NCBI RefSeq assembly: GCF_009834535.1
Contig: NC_045698.1
Coordinates: 9,922,001 to 9,986,000, forward strand
DNA length: 64,000 nt
DNA from: Camelus ferus
Lineage: Eukaryota
Direction of reading: 5' to 3'
Below are positions 1-13,000 of the stretch, piece by piece. The position numbers were made by a program, and so were the translations under genes. The first letter of the stretch is position 1; each line of letters opens with the position of its first letter. The notes under the pieces are model-generated. The model worked only from the letters and a program-made list of their open reading frames with translations, was not told the origin of the DNA and did not search any database.

Positions 1-284
1 TCAGGATGCAAAATCCTGGCCTAGTCTCTTGCCTAGAAGATGAAAATGAGGTAAAGTTTGGTTTTCATGAGAAAGGATTTTTCCTAAGAATCTCTGGTCT
101 CTTCTCCCACCATTGCTCTTCCCCATAGACACTGAATGAATACGTGATTATTAAAGTAATGTGCAACATTAATCAAATGGTATAATGTCTTTGACCCTCA
201 GTTTCCTTGTGTGTAAGTTGTAGCAAGGATTAAACGAGTTAAGATAGGTAAATCCATGAATGGACACTGTCAGTGCCCCATCCA

Positions 285-670
285 GGTCTGTTTACCAGCT
301 GGTATTTACATCCCCAACTGTTGGGTGTGCTGGCTTAGGGATCAAGCTGCCTTCTTCCCCTTGAAAACTGTCCTCAGCCAATAGGGGCCTCCTCATGGGG
401 AGATTACAGTCAGTGACCAACTGATAAGGGGAAATAAAGGACAGTCCCCCTTGCCAAGGTGGCATCAACTGTGTGGTGTAAGTCATGCTCCAGAAACCCC
501 TATGGGATTAGGTGGAAGTTAGTCTACAGCTAAGATCACACCCTCCCTTCGCTTCCTCCCACCCCTGACCTCGTCCTTCCTGTTGTGCTCACTCCATTGC
601 TCCCATGTCATCAATAAATCACTCGTACAGAAATCCTTATCTTAGGCTCAGCCCTTAGGGGCCTTAGATG
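285..670 (+). mobile_element. ERVL-type solo LTR remnant (LTR16-like)
   Basis: aataaatcactcgtac..aatccttatcttaggctc resembles an ERVL LTR 3' end; family from memory. Confidence 0.45.
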
Positions 671-853
671 CCATGGAAAGGACTAGAACTGACCCATATG
701 AGGCACCCTATAAAGTTAGATATTATCATTACTAAAATTGTTCTTCTTAGGTTTAGCATCTATTTGTAACTCCAGTCCAGACCTAGTCAATATTTCAGCT
801 AATAGTACCCAACATATGTAGACATTTCTATAGAGCAAACTGTTATCACTTAC

Positions 854-1089
854 CTCGATAGGTCCCACTTGAAAGTCAATGGGGATCTGCTGCTCCCTAA
901 TTTCCTTCAGTGCTGCCATAGCAATTCGAATATCATCAAGGTCTTTAATTGGCCGACTCAGTTTCTTATTGAATTCTTCAACAAGTGTAAAAATGTTTTC
1001 CATCTCACTTCTGTATTTTTTGTTACAGTGACGGCCAATGACAAACATCCAGGCCTTCGTCTCAGCAGTCAAGGTGAACTTCAAGTCGG
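854..1089 (-). CDS. DNAH5: DNAH5 exon 24 (236 nt)
   Basis: cag|[34 protein letters not shown]...IDFQVGPIE|gtaagt. Confidence 0.96.
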
Positions 1090-4000
1090 CTGTAAAACCC
1101 AAATGCCCACAGTTCAGTTTGAAAAACTTGAACCGGTATGAGGAGACACAGTGCCACTGTTCACCAATAGTAAATACTTTGCAGGCTGATAGCCCTCTAA
1201 CACCTGAAAGCTCAAACTGGAAAAAAAGTTAGTTTTTCCTAAATATTATATATTCATTCACTTTATCAAGCTTGTTTTGCCACAGTTCAGAACACATTTC
1301 AAAGTGCCAAAAAATATTTTAAACGTACATTATCAAAACTTTTGGGGATAAGCCTCAAATGTTTGTTATTGTTATTTCTTAAAGAAAGTTTTTTTTTTAA
1401 AGGGTACATTTTAACTCTAAATATAGACTCATCCCTCCTCTGAATTAGCACTTATTTCAAGGTTTAGCAGCAAAGTGTTCAAAATAGTCCAGAATAAATA
1501 ATTATGTGGAAGGGACTTAAAAACAAATCTACAAATTGGTCTTAAATCTTGAGCCTCATAAAAGGAAAGTCAATCTTGAAGAGAGTTAGAACTCTCTGGA
1601 ATACTAACCTAGGTAGAGAGACAGAACAACACTGCTGGATTTTTATGTCTGGAAGAAGATGAACCAACCTGTGCACAGAGCAAGGGCGCCCACACACATG
1701 TACTCGGGCTCCGCATTAATTTCCTGCTCTAGTTTTCGGAAGTAGAGAATCTGGGATTCAAATTCAGAAAGCAAGGGGTTTTTCATAATAAATGTCATAA
1801 CTGTTTCTTCTTTCTCCTTTTGCCAAATGTGATTGTAGCGTTTGAAGCAATCCATGGATGTAATAACTTCCTAGAATACAAATAAGAGATTTGTGTAGAG
1901 AATCAGAAATGACACCATGACATATGTGAATATGTCAACTCCTGGTGGTTCCCAGGGATTTATTAAAATGTCTCATTTAGTGACCTGTGTGACTAGTTGA
2001 AAATGCCACAGAACTGGAACTAGATACAATCGTGTAAACAGTAACCCAGGATTATTAACAAATGAAACTGCTACCGGCCCTAGCCAAAAAGAGAGGGGGA
2101 CAGGTTCTAGAGGGGGAAAAGAGAGAGAGAGAATCCATGAAATCTCCTGTGGACAGGGCCCTGTGAACTGGAGCTGGACCTCAGGTCAAAAAACTGCAGT
2201 TCACGATCATGCCACAGAGAGGGTGGTGCTGAGAGGAGAAAATGCTCTGAGGTCAGTCTCTTCCCTCGCTCAGAGCTCCTCTAAGAGTCTCATTGGTTGA
2301 ATCTACTGGAAGCCTCAATGGAAACCTATTGACTTGCTCCCTAAATTCAGAGGGTGGAGATTAGATCTAGAGGGGCAAACAGAATATATTCAACATCAAA
2401 CCCCATTGAAAGATTGCATGGAATTACATAAAATGTGTATATCTTGGCTAAGGACTGGCATCCATACAATATTAAATCAGTCCATCCAGAAACATTGTAT
2501 ATATTTCTGAATCTTCCCATTCCTATTTTTTTAATTATTCGTTCTGTTTTAGAGAAATCTTCACAAAGACCCCACAAATTTCTGATTATGTATGTTCCTA
2601 GATATTTTTCTGTGATGTTGCTACTGTAAAAAGGATCTTTTCCCACTATTCTTATAACTTTATGGATAGCATATAAGTTTTCTTAAAACACTGGTTTTTA
2701 GCAAACATCCTATTTGCTACAAAGTGTGCTCCCGTAGGATGAACTGGTTCTCTCACAACTGGCAAATAGGGAATGATGTTAATCTGATGGGAAGGTCACA
2801 TTATCAAAAGCTTACTTGTCCCAGCACTTTGTTCTGTACCCACTAAAGCAGCAAGTCCTACAGGGGCACAATTCTTTTTGCCACTTCTTTCTTTCGGGTC
2901 AATTTGGTCACCAATTTGTTTTGAAAATGTTTTCTGAACAATTAGACTTGATCTTTGTATATTTTATCTGTAACTCAGCATTTTCAACTCTTTCTTACAC
3001 TACCTTCTACTAAGTTTCTTTCACCTTTTGATAGTAAAGTTCAATACTGATTATAACGTCATTAATAGGTTAATATTTTACTCTGATTGGTGTTGTTTTT
3101 ATTATCTGGTTACAAAATTTCCAAAGTTTGGCATGTCTGTCTCACAGCCTTTTTTCTCATAATCCATGTTATATTAAGTGCGCAACTTTGCAAAACAGGC
3201 TTTTCAGGAATATATTTATTGCATTACAGCAGAAATGCCTACAGTCATCTTTGAACTGACTTTTAACTTTCACTGGGCCATATTTTTTTTCAGGTTAGCA
3301 CCCATGGATTATTTGGTACATAATCATATCATCTAAAAATAATTAAAATTTGTCTTCTCATTTCTAATGTTTATACTTCATGGTAATCAACTTTTCTCTT
3401 GGCTTATGTTATCATTTCAGAATTACTTCTGCATGAGAAAAATATCTTTAAACTGAAGTAGAGTTAAAAAAAAATACCATTTAAAAAAAAATAGAGCATC
3501 ACCAACAGCACTTCTAAATGGTCGAATTACTTAAAGCAAATTTCACCAACCTGTACTAAGGCAAGGAGTAACTTTACTCCAACGCCCCACATGCAGCTAA
3601 AAGGTCCCTCAGAACCTCAGAATTGAGATGTCTCACTCATTAAAATGCAGAAAACTAAGCCTGTCACCACTTGTCCCAGCCACAACTGATCCCCTGCCTT
3701 GGGCTGAGAGCTTGACAAGCACACTCAGAATGCACTGCCACAGCCTGTAGACATATTCACAAATGTATGATGGTTTGGAGAATGAATTACAGATTGTCAA
3801 AGATTCCTGAATATGGGTATAAATTCCCCAATCCTGAGCTCTTTCAACACCCAGTAGTTTATAATTTTAAGAACATACCCTAACTAAATAAGTTTTAGAC
3901 TTTCATTTGTTTTATCTAAAAGTGTCTGTCTTTATTAAATTGGAACTTATGAAAGCATAGGTAACCTCATGCCTAAAGGAAAAATTACATGAACTACATA

Positions 4001-7000
4001 TGTAGGGCTGCTCTACTTAAGTTATTTGAATTGCCAAGGTTATTTTGAGTGTTTGGTCCAGCCCATCGTTTCAAGTCAGGCAGTGTTATAAGTCGATGAC
4101 CAACCTATGAAATGTGCTGAACTGTAGGTCAGATTTACATTCTTTTTTTTAAATTGAAGTATTATTGATTTACAAAGTATTGTTGATTTACAATGTGTTA
4201 GTTTCTGGTGTACAACAAACTGAATATATACATATATATATATTATTTTTCAGATTCTTTTCTATTATGGTCTATTACAAGATACTGAATATAGTTCTCT
4301 ATGCTATACAGTAGGACTTTGTTGTTTATTTTAGATATAGTAGTTCATATCTTCTTATCCCAAACTCCTCATTTATCCCTTCCCCCTTTCTTCTTTGGTA
4401 ACCATAAGTTTGTTTTCTATATCTGTGAGTCTATTTTTGTTACATAAATAAGCTCATTTGTGTCACATTTTAGATTCCACAATATAAGTGATATCATGTG
4501 ATATTTGTCTTTTTCTTTCTGACTCATTTCACTTAGTATGATAATCTCTAGGTCCATCCATGTTGCTGCAAATGGCATTAATTCATTCTTTTTATGGCTG
4601 AGTAGTATTCCATAGTGTGTGTGTGTGTGTGTGTCAATGGATATTTAGATGGCTTCCATGTCTTGGTTATTGCAAATAGTGCTATTATGAACATTGGGGT
4701 ACATGTATCTTTTCAAATAACAGTTTTCTCCAGATATATGCCCAAGAGTAGGATTGCTGGATCATATGGTAACTCTATTTTTAATTTTTTAAGCAACCTC
4801 CATACTGTTTTCCATGGTGGTTGCATCAATTTACATTCCACAAACAATGTAGGAGGGTTCCGTTTTCTCCACACCTTCTCCAACATGTATTATTTGTAGA
4901 TTTTTTAATGGTGGCCATTCTGACAGGTGTGAGGTGATACATCACTGTAGTTTTGATTTGCATTTCTCTAATAATTAGCAAAGTTGAGCATCTTCTCATG
5001 TGCCTGCTGGCCATCTATATGTCTTCTTTGGAGAAATGTCTATGTAGGTCTTCTGCCCATCTTTTGATTGGGTTTTTGTTTTTTGTTATTGAGTTGTATG
5101 AGCTGTGGTCAGGTTTACATTCTGATCCAATCAGCTATGGCCAGAGGAATGGGGCTGGGATCAGAGGATATTCTGTGGATTGAGGAAGAATCATTCAGAA
5201 GGGTTTATGGCTGTGGTGGCCATGTCCAGCACTATGGCCAAGTATGCATATATTCTTCCAGAAATAGTTTGGCCATCCTATCAGTGTGAAAAAGGTCCTT
5301 CAAGTTATTCTAAGTGCCAACCCTTTCTATTATTTTAAGGAAGACATAAGATCCATACATCTCCTCCATATGATATAAAGGCAAATGGAACAAAAATGAC
5401 ACAGATTTGTTGCCAGTAGTATATTGATTTCAACTACTGTCCTACTCTTAGGTTTTCATAATAGTGGCTGCTTTATATTCAGAGTAAAGAATGGACTTTA
5501 TTATTGATTTATTTTATTGTATTTTCTGATTACTGAGACACTTGAAAACATATTTGAATGTTTATTATCATCAGAGACTACTCTACTTACCTTTATCATT
5601 TAGAACAGAGTTTGATAAACTAAGCACTAGACAGACATCTATTAAATTGAATTATGTGAACACTTATCCTAGGGCAAAATTAAATGCAGGACCTTCAATA
5701 CATTAAGAAAGGAAAATTGAAAATGCATAAATGCAAAAGCTTCCAGCCTCCTTAGGAACACATTAAAACTAAACTTAACATTTCCTCACATGGTGACAGC
5801 AAAGGTAGCTTTTCAAAACACTTGCAAACAAATGAAACTCATTCTATCAAAACTGAGTAACAGAAAAGATAGATGTATTTACTGAGTAGTAACTGTTCCC
5901 TCAACACTGAGAAACAGTTTTAAAGAGTCAGCAAGTCTTAGTGGCCATGTGAATATAGATTTTTTCTTATGTAGAAACTGACTTCACGATTTTGAACCTT
6001 TTTGACCACAAGAACAGAAAAATAATTGAGAGAAGAGCAAGTTGTAAGAAAAAATTAATTTGAGTTTATATCCAAGTCCAATAAAAGTTTGTGTTGATAA
6101 TATTAATATTTTTAATATTCTCAGTATTATATCCACATGACTATACAGATAAATTTTCATCTGATAGTTTATAAGATTTGCCTGACTACACAAATATGAA
6201 AAATTGAGTGTAAATCTTATTCTATTTCAAATGATACAAGTCAGCTTTAGCGTCACTGACTCTTTGAAGGTGGATTACCGTACCAGTCCAGTTTGTGGTT
6301 TGACATATCAATTTTTTAACAGATTTATTTATACTACGTAACTACATAAATAGTTTAAAGGCACTCAACAGAAGACAATATAAAACACAAAAATAACAGT
6401 TCTCTTTCCCCTTGCAATCTAGAATGAAAAATCTTTAGTTAAACAAACATTTGCTGGGCACATACGAGATTCCGTAAGCTGCTCTCTGGAGGCAGAGTGG
6501 GTAAGACCCAGGATCCATGGAGGATGAGCTTTTCCACTGAACTTCACACAGACACATGTTGAACAGCACAGAGCCCTGGCTAAGAATCCTCTTGGCATAC
6601 CTTTTTGGTGGAGTTGATGATTGTGCTAAGCACGGAGACTAATTTTACAATCTCTTTGTTTTCAGACACATTGTTATAGTAGTTCCTGGCTTGCACAGGA
6701 ATGGGTAAGTTTACAGATGCTACCTCAAAGGTATCTAAAAGCAAAAAAAAAAAGAAAAAAAAGAAAAGACAAAAACATTTATATTAACAGCACAGGGCAC
6801 ATGCTTTTAAAAGGTGAGGGGATTTCTGTAACGGTAAAGTAAGGACCCCAGAAAATCTTTATAAAAGCAATTGAAAACACTGGGGAAATTTGTCAATATC
6901 AATTTTTGCAGGACTCTGGAAATTAACCAAAGCTTCCAACACTTCAAGGAGTGTTTGTTTCCTCAAGAAAAAATTTGGGGAATTTTGGTAACAACAGTGA

Positions 7001-10000
7001 GTTTTATGAGGTTTTGAACTTGTTCTACGCCCACTGCCCGCTGGCTGTGTGGTGGCCCTGAGAAACAGGAGTGCTTGGAGAACCACTGTGGCTGTGAAAA
7101 CCGCACAGCAGCCTAGCAGCCGCCAGAGGGGCCAGCCTGGGTTTACAGCGCCTCAAGACGTCCCATAGAATTCACCATTTGACTTTCTGGAAACTCCCTG
7201 GGAAAGTCCCAGTCAAAGACTTTATCTGTATTTGACCTGAGAAAATCCCTGTCCCCAAGGCGATTGTCAGACAATAATCAGAACAAAACAGAAACAGACT
7301 CAGATACAGAGAAGAAATTCATGACTGCCAGTGGGGATGTGGGCAGGGGGTGGGCAAAATAGAAAAAGGGATTCAGAGGTACAAACCTCCAGTCACAGGA
7401 TACAGCGTACTGCGTAAGGAACAGAGTCAATAATGTCGTAATCCCTCTGTATGGCAACAGATGGTAACCAGACGCAGAGTGGTGATCATTTCATAACGTC
7501 AAAAATATCAAGTCACTGTGTTGTACATCTGAAACTAACACTGCAAGTCAACTACACTTCAATTAAAAAAAAAAAAAAAAGAAAAAGACCTGGGGGAGAG
7601 GAGTATATAGCTCAGTGGTAGAGTGTGTGCTTTGCATGGGTTCAATCCCCAGTACCTCCACTACAAAAAATAATATAAAGTAATTTTTTAATGTTTTTAA
7701 AAAGATCAGTGACAATTAACTTCACAGCTGCCTGAGGCAATGATATCAGTTGAGGCAATGATATCAGTTGAGGCAAACGAGAGGTTTGGGGAATGTGATG
7801 TCCACAAAAGGCACTGTGAGACCCTGACATGTTCCCAGGGCTCTAGAAGGTCATGCTTCTGTACACAGTTGTGCACATGCCCAGGAAAGACCCAAAAATG
7901 CCCAGTCTTTCACTCTGGCTGAACTGAGGTCTTGCACAGACAGTAAATAAAGGCTAGGGCAGTGCTGAAAACTTCTTGAGCTTTCAGGTGCTCCAATGCA
8001 CACACAAATCCCTAGGCAAAGGGTGGAAGACTTACTGGTTCAAAGCATTAAAGGAAATTTCTGTGCAATCATAGTTAACTGTTAAACTAACCAAGCAGAG
8101 ACCTCACTGGTGCACTCCACAGGGAGGATGAATTTTACAGAATTAGTCCAGGGAAGTCAATAAAGAAACAAACAGTAACAACAACAGACCCTGGGGAAAA
8201 GAATGGGATTTCAGAGTTGCCACATTATACTCTTTAAAGTATTAAGTTTTTAACAAAAATAAAAACTGTGAGACAAGCAAAGATACAGAAGGGTGGTAAC
8301 CACACATAGAACCAAAAATAGCCAACAGAAACTGTACATGAGAAAGCCCACTAATGGAATTACTAGACAAAAAACTTTTGATTGACTTTTGATCAACTTT
8401 TAGTTGACTTACAATATTATATTAGATTCAGATGTACAACATAGTGACTCAGATTTCTTACAGATTACATTCTATTTTAAAGTTACTATAAAATTTTGGC
8501 TATATTCCCTGGTCTGTATAGATCCTTGTAGTTTATTTATTTATTTTGTACATAGCAGTTTGTATCTCTTAATCCCATACCCCTATCTTGCCTCTTCCCT
8601 CTTTTCCTCTTTCCACTGGTAACTACTAGCTTGTTCCCTATTATCTGTAAGTCTGTTTCTGTTTCGCTATATTCTTTCATTTGTTTTATTTTTTAGATTC
8701 CACATATAAGTGATGACATATGGTATTTCGCTTTCTCTGTCTGACTTATTTCACTAAGCAAATTACCCTCCAGGTCCATCCATCTTGTTGCCAATGACAA
8801 AATTTCATTTTTTTATGGTTGAGTATTGCATTGTGCATATATGCCACATCTTCTTAATTCAGTGGTCTGTGGGCACTTGGGTTGCTTTCTGGCTATTGTA
8901 AACAGTGCTGCTATGAACACTGGGGTCCAGGTATTTTTTGAATTAGTGTTCATTTTTCCAGATATATACCCAGGAGTGGAAATGCTGGGTCATGCAGTAG
9001 CTCTATTTTCAGTTTTTTGAGGAACCTCTGTACTGTTTTCCACGGTGGCTGTGTGAATTTACAATCCCGCCAACAGGGTAAGAAAGTTCATTACTCCACA
9101 TCCTTGCTAACATTTGTCATTTACGTTTTTGATTGTTTCTCCGTTTTTGTTTTTGTTTTTGTTTCGGATGATGGTCATTCTAACAGGTGTGAGGTGATAT
9201 CTCATTACAGTTTTAATTTGCATTTCTCTGATGATTAGCAATGTCGAGCATCTTTTCACGTGCCTGCTGTCTTCTTTGGAAAAATGTCTGTTTAGGTCTT
9301 CTGATCATTTTTTAATCTGGCTGGGGTTTTTTGACATTGAGTTGTATGTACTATTTATGTATTTGGGATATTAACCCCTTCTTGGTCATAACATTTCCAA
9401 ATATTTTCTCCCATTCAGTAGATTGTCTTTTTGTTTTGTTGAAGGTTTCCTTTGCTAATGGGTGCATCATTACAAAAATAAACTCAAAATGGATTAAAGA
9501 GCTACAAGTAAGACCAGGAACCACACAACTCCTAGAAGAAAACATAGGCAGAACACTCCTTGAGATAAGTCACAGCAATGTCTTTTTGGATCTGTTGCCT
9601 AATGCAAAGGAAACAAGGAAAAACAAAGAAATGGGGCCTAAATAAACTTGGGCAAAAATTTTAAATCAGCTATTAAGGCATGTTCAAAGGACTACAGAAA
9701 ACCCTATCCAAGGAATTAAAAGAAAGTATGAGAAGTATGTCTCACAAAATAGAGACAATCAATAATGAGATAGAAATAGAGAAGCAAATCAAATACAAAT
9801 TCTCAAGTTGAAAAGAACAATAAATATAATGAAAGTTCACTTGCAGGGCTCAACAGATTTTAGCTTTTAAAAGAAAGAATCAGTGATCTTGAAGATAAAT
9901 TTCTTAAAATAGAAGGTGAGGTTACTGATTAGAGACATTTCTTATTTTGTAGTATCTGTGTTCAAGATTATAAATTTCCCTCTAAGCTCTGTTCTAACCG

Positions 10001-13000
10001 CATTTCATAAGTTTTGGCATTTTGTGGTTGTCTTTGCACTTATCCTATAACTATTTCCTAATTTCCTTTGTGATTTCTTCTTTTTCTGATTGGTTATTTA
10101 AGAGTGTGTTATTTAATTTGTATGTATTTGTGAATTTCCCAAATCACCTGTTACTGATTTTTAATTTCATTTCACTGTGTTTGGAAGGTATACTTTGTAT
10201 TATTTCAGTCCTTTTAAATTTCATTTCAATACTCCTCAGACTGACTTATGAAATGTCCAGAATAGGCAAATCCATCAAGACAGAAACTGAATTAGTGGTT
10301 GTCAGAGGTTGAGGGGAGGAAATGGAGAGTGACTGCTAATCGGTACAGGGTTTCTTTGGGGGAATTACTAAAAACCACTGAATTGTACACTTTAAAAGGG
10401 TGAATTTTATATTATCTAAATTGTTTTAACTTTTTTTATTGAGTTATAGTCATTTTACAATGTTGTGTCAAATTCCAATGTAGAGCACAACTTTTCAGTT
10501 ATAGATGAACGTACATATATTCATTGTCACATTTTTTTCACTGTGAGCTTATATTACCTAAATTATATCTCAAAGCTGTTATTTTTAGAAAGTGCAGCTT
10601 ACTTCCTTTTTTTAACTCTCTTTTGTCATGACAAAAATACATGAACAATTTTTCATTTAACATTTTTCCTCTCAAAGATATAATTCATGATTGAATATAT
10701 TTTGAGTTTAGAAAATTCTGAATTTTAAACTATTCCAAGAAGTTAAGAAATGTCCCCAAATAATATAAAAATTAAAATTAACATAATAACATGTGATTTT
10801 TATCTTAAATAAATAATGTAATTTCTGGATAAAGTTGTTTTAAACTGTTTTCATCTTCCTCAGTAACAGATTATCTTAAAGAAGAACTTGTTTCAGTTTC
10901 TTCCTCATGGTTAGTTTACTTAACATCCCAAGGGATATGAGCGCTAATTGACAGTTACACAAGCTCTGCTGTTTGCACAGTTGGTTTAAAAGAAGTTTGT
11001 AGTTGGGGGAGGGTATAGCTCATGTGGTAGAGCGCTTGCTTAGCATGCATGAGGTCCTGGGTTCAATCCCCAGTACCTCCTCTAAAATAAATAAACCTAG
11101 TTACCTTCCCCCTCAAAATAAAATAATTAAGTAATAAATAAAACATAAAGCTAAAAAAAAGAAGATATTTGTAGGACTATCATTAGCAACTTGGATGTCA
11201 TATGCTCCTTAATATTACAAAATATAAATGAAAACCATGAGATATACAGCAAAAAAAAATCACAGCATGTTAGCAAAACAGGATGCATATTGAGTCAAAA
11301 TACAAAAATATCTCTCAAATGTTAGGGAATATTCATTGTGATGATGACAAGTTTCTCTTTACATTGTGAAACAAAAATCCGTCTTGTCCCCCAGTCCATC
11401 ACCCCCATTACACTGGACAGTGATGCAGCCACAACAGTCGCCAGTGTATTACTTACAATGATGATATTAAAATACATGAATCTTTATATTTTATAAACTT
11501 AAAATTGGCCTACAAATTAATATTCTGATCTAATCTGATTTGAGAATTGCATGGAGGGACAATACATCTTAGCTCAGTAAGTGTTGATTGACAATGACTA
11601 GTTAGAAAGGACTAAAACAGCACTTACCTTGAGGTTCATTTTCTCCCATCTCAACATCAGAATCACTGTCTTCATTATTCTGCAAAGCAGCCACCTTCCT
11701 TTCATGCATCTTTTTCTACAACGCAAAAGGATATTTTTCATCTGCATCTGATCTATAAAAGCAGCAGCTTCCACGTGAAATGATTCCTTCATCCCACACC
11801 CACCTTGGACAACAGCTCACTGCTCCACTGTCTAACCCCCTTGGTGACAGTGACGATGCACTCCACGGCTTTGTTCAGCGTCTGCTGTATGTCTTCCAGG
11901 GAGGGGGCCATGGCGATGTTGGGAATGGTCAGGGTGATGCTTGCCCGGAAAATGGGCAGACAGTTCTGCTTCGTTTTAGAGGCACTGTTACTGTCTGAGT
12001 TAACACAAAATAGGGAAGATTTAATTTTTTGATTTAAAATGGGATTTATTTCATTTTTTATCAGAAAAGTTAAAGCATCTAGAACAATACATAATAGGTA
12101 TATCATTGGACAATATGTATTTATTGAATGGATGAATGAAATGAATGAATAGAAACTAATGGAGTATCTAGTTTTACTCAATATAACAGAACAGTTCAGG
12201 GAAACCCAAGCCATTTTCTGCTGATTACCATCTACAGGTACACTCTCCAGAAGGGAAACGCACCGTGCAAAGCCAGGCCTAAATATACACACTCTTATCT
12301 AAAATATTGAAGATGACACCATCCAAATAACAGGATACCAACAAATTAAATGTAGAATGAAGAACGTGGACAACTGTCAGAACAAGCCTAAGTCAGAACA
12401 AATAGCCAGTCTGGAATTTCACATAACACATGTCTTTCCTACCACTGTGAGTATATCCAAACTGGGGGCAGTTAGAGAGGAGAAGAAATAAAGTGTGATT
12501 CACCATTTACATCTAAGAGGCTTTTAAAGTTGGATATAGGTACAAATATAGACATATAAATGTGGCTATCTGTGTGTTTAACTATACATATATAGCTGGA
12601 GATACTTGTAATATAAAAAGTTGGGAAAGACACGTAACGATGTTCAGCATATCAACCAACAGTTGCTAAGTTCTAATATGATCCCTAAGTCAAAGGACTA
12701 CCCTCCATTCTGAAGTGAAAGGAAACATAATAAACTATGCCATCAAACAAAAAATTATTTTAATGTTTCCACTTCTATTCATCCACTTTTAATTAAATAT
12801 TAAACACACTTTCCCTAAAACACCAATATTTAAAATCAATAAAAAGGTTTTATTGCCCTATTATTTTTTCAATTTTAATTATTTACCATTACTTTTTTTA
12901 TATTTTTAATTTAAAATTTAATTTCACCATGTCTCTAGGTTTGAATGGATTTCTGTGGCCCACCTGGGAAACACAACACCTATTTCTGAAGGATGCTGAG

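Noticed and set aside
11005..11080. tRNA-Ala(AGC)-like cloverleaf sequences (also at about 20126-20203 and 45150-45226)
   Set aside because: They have a shared non-tRNA tail, polyA and TSDs, so they are SINE heads rather than tRNA genes.
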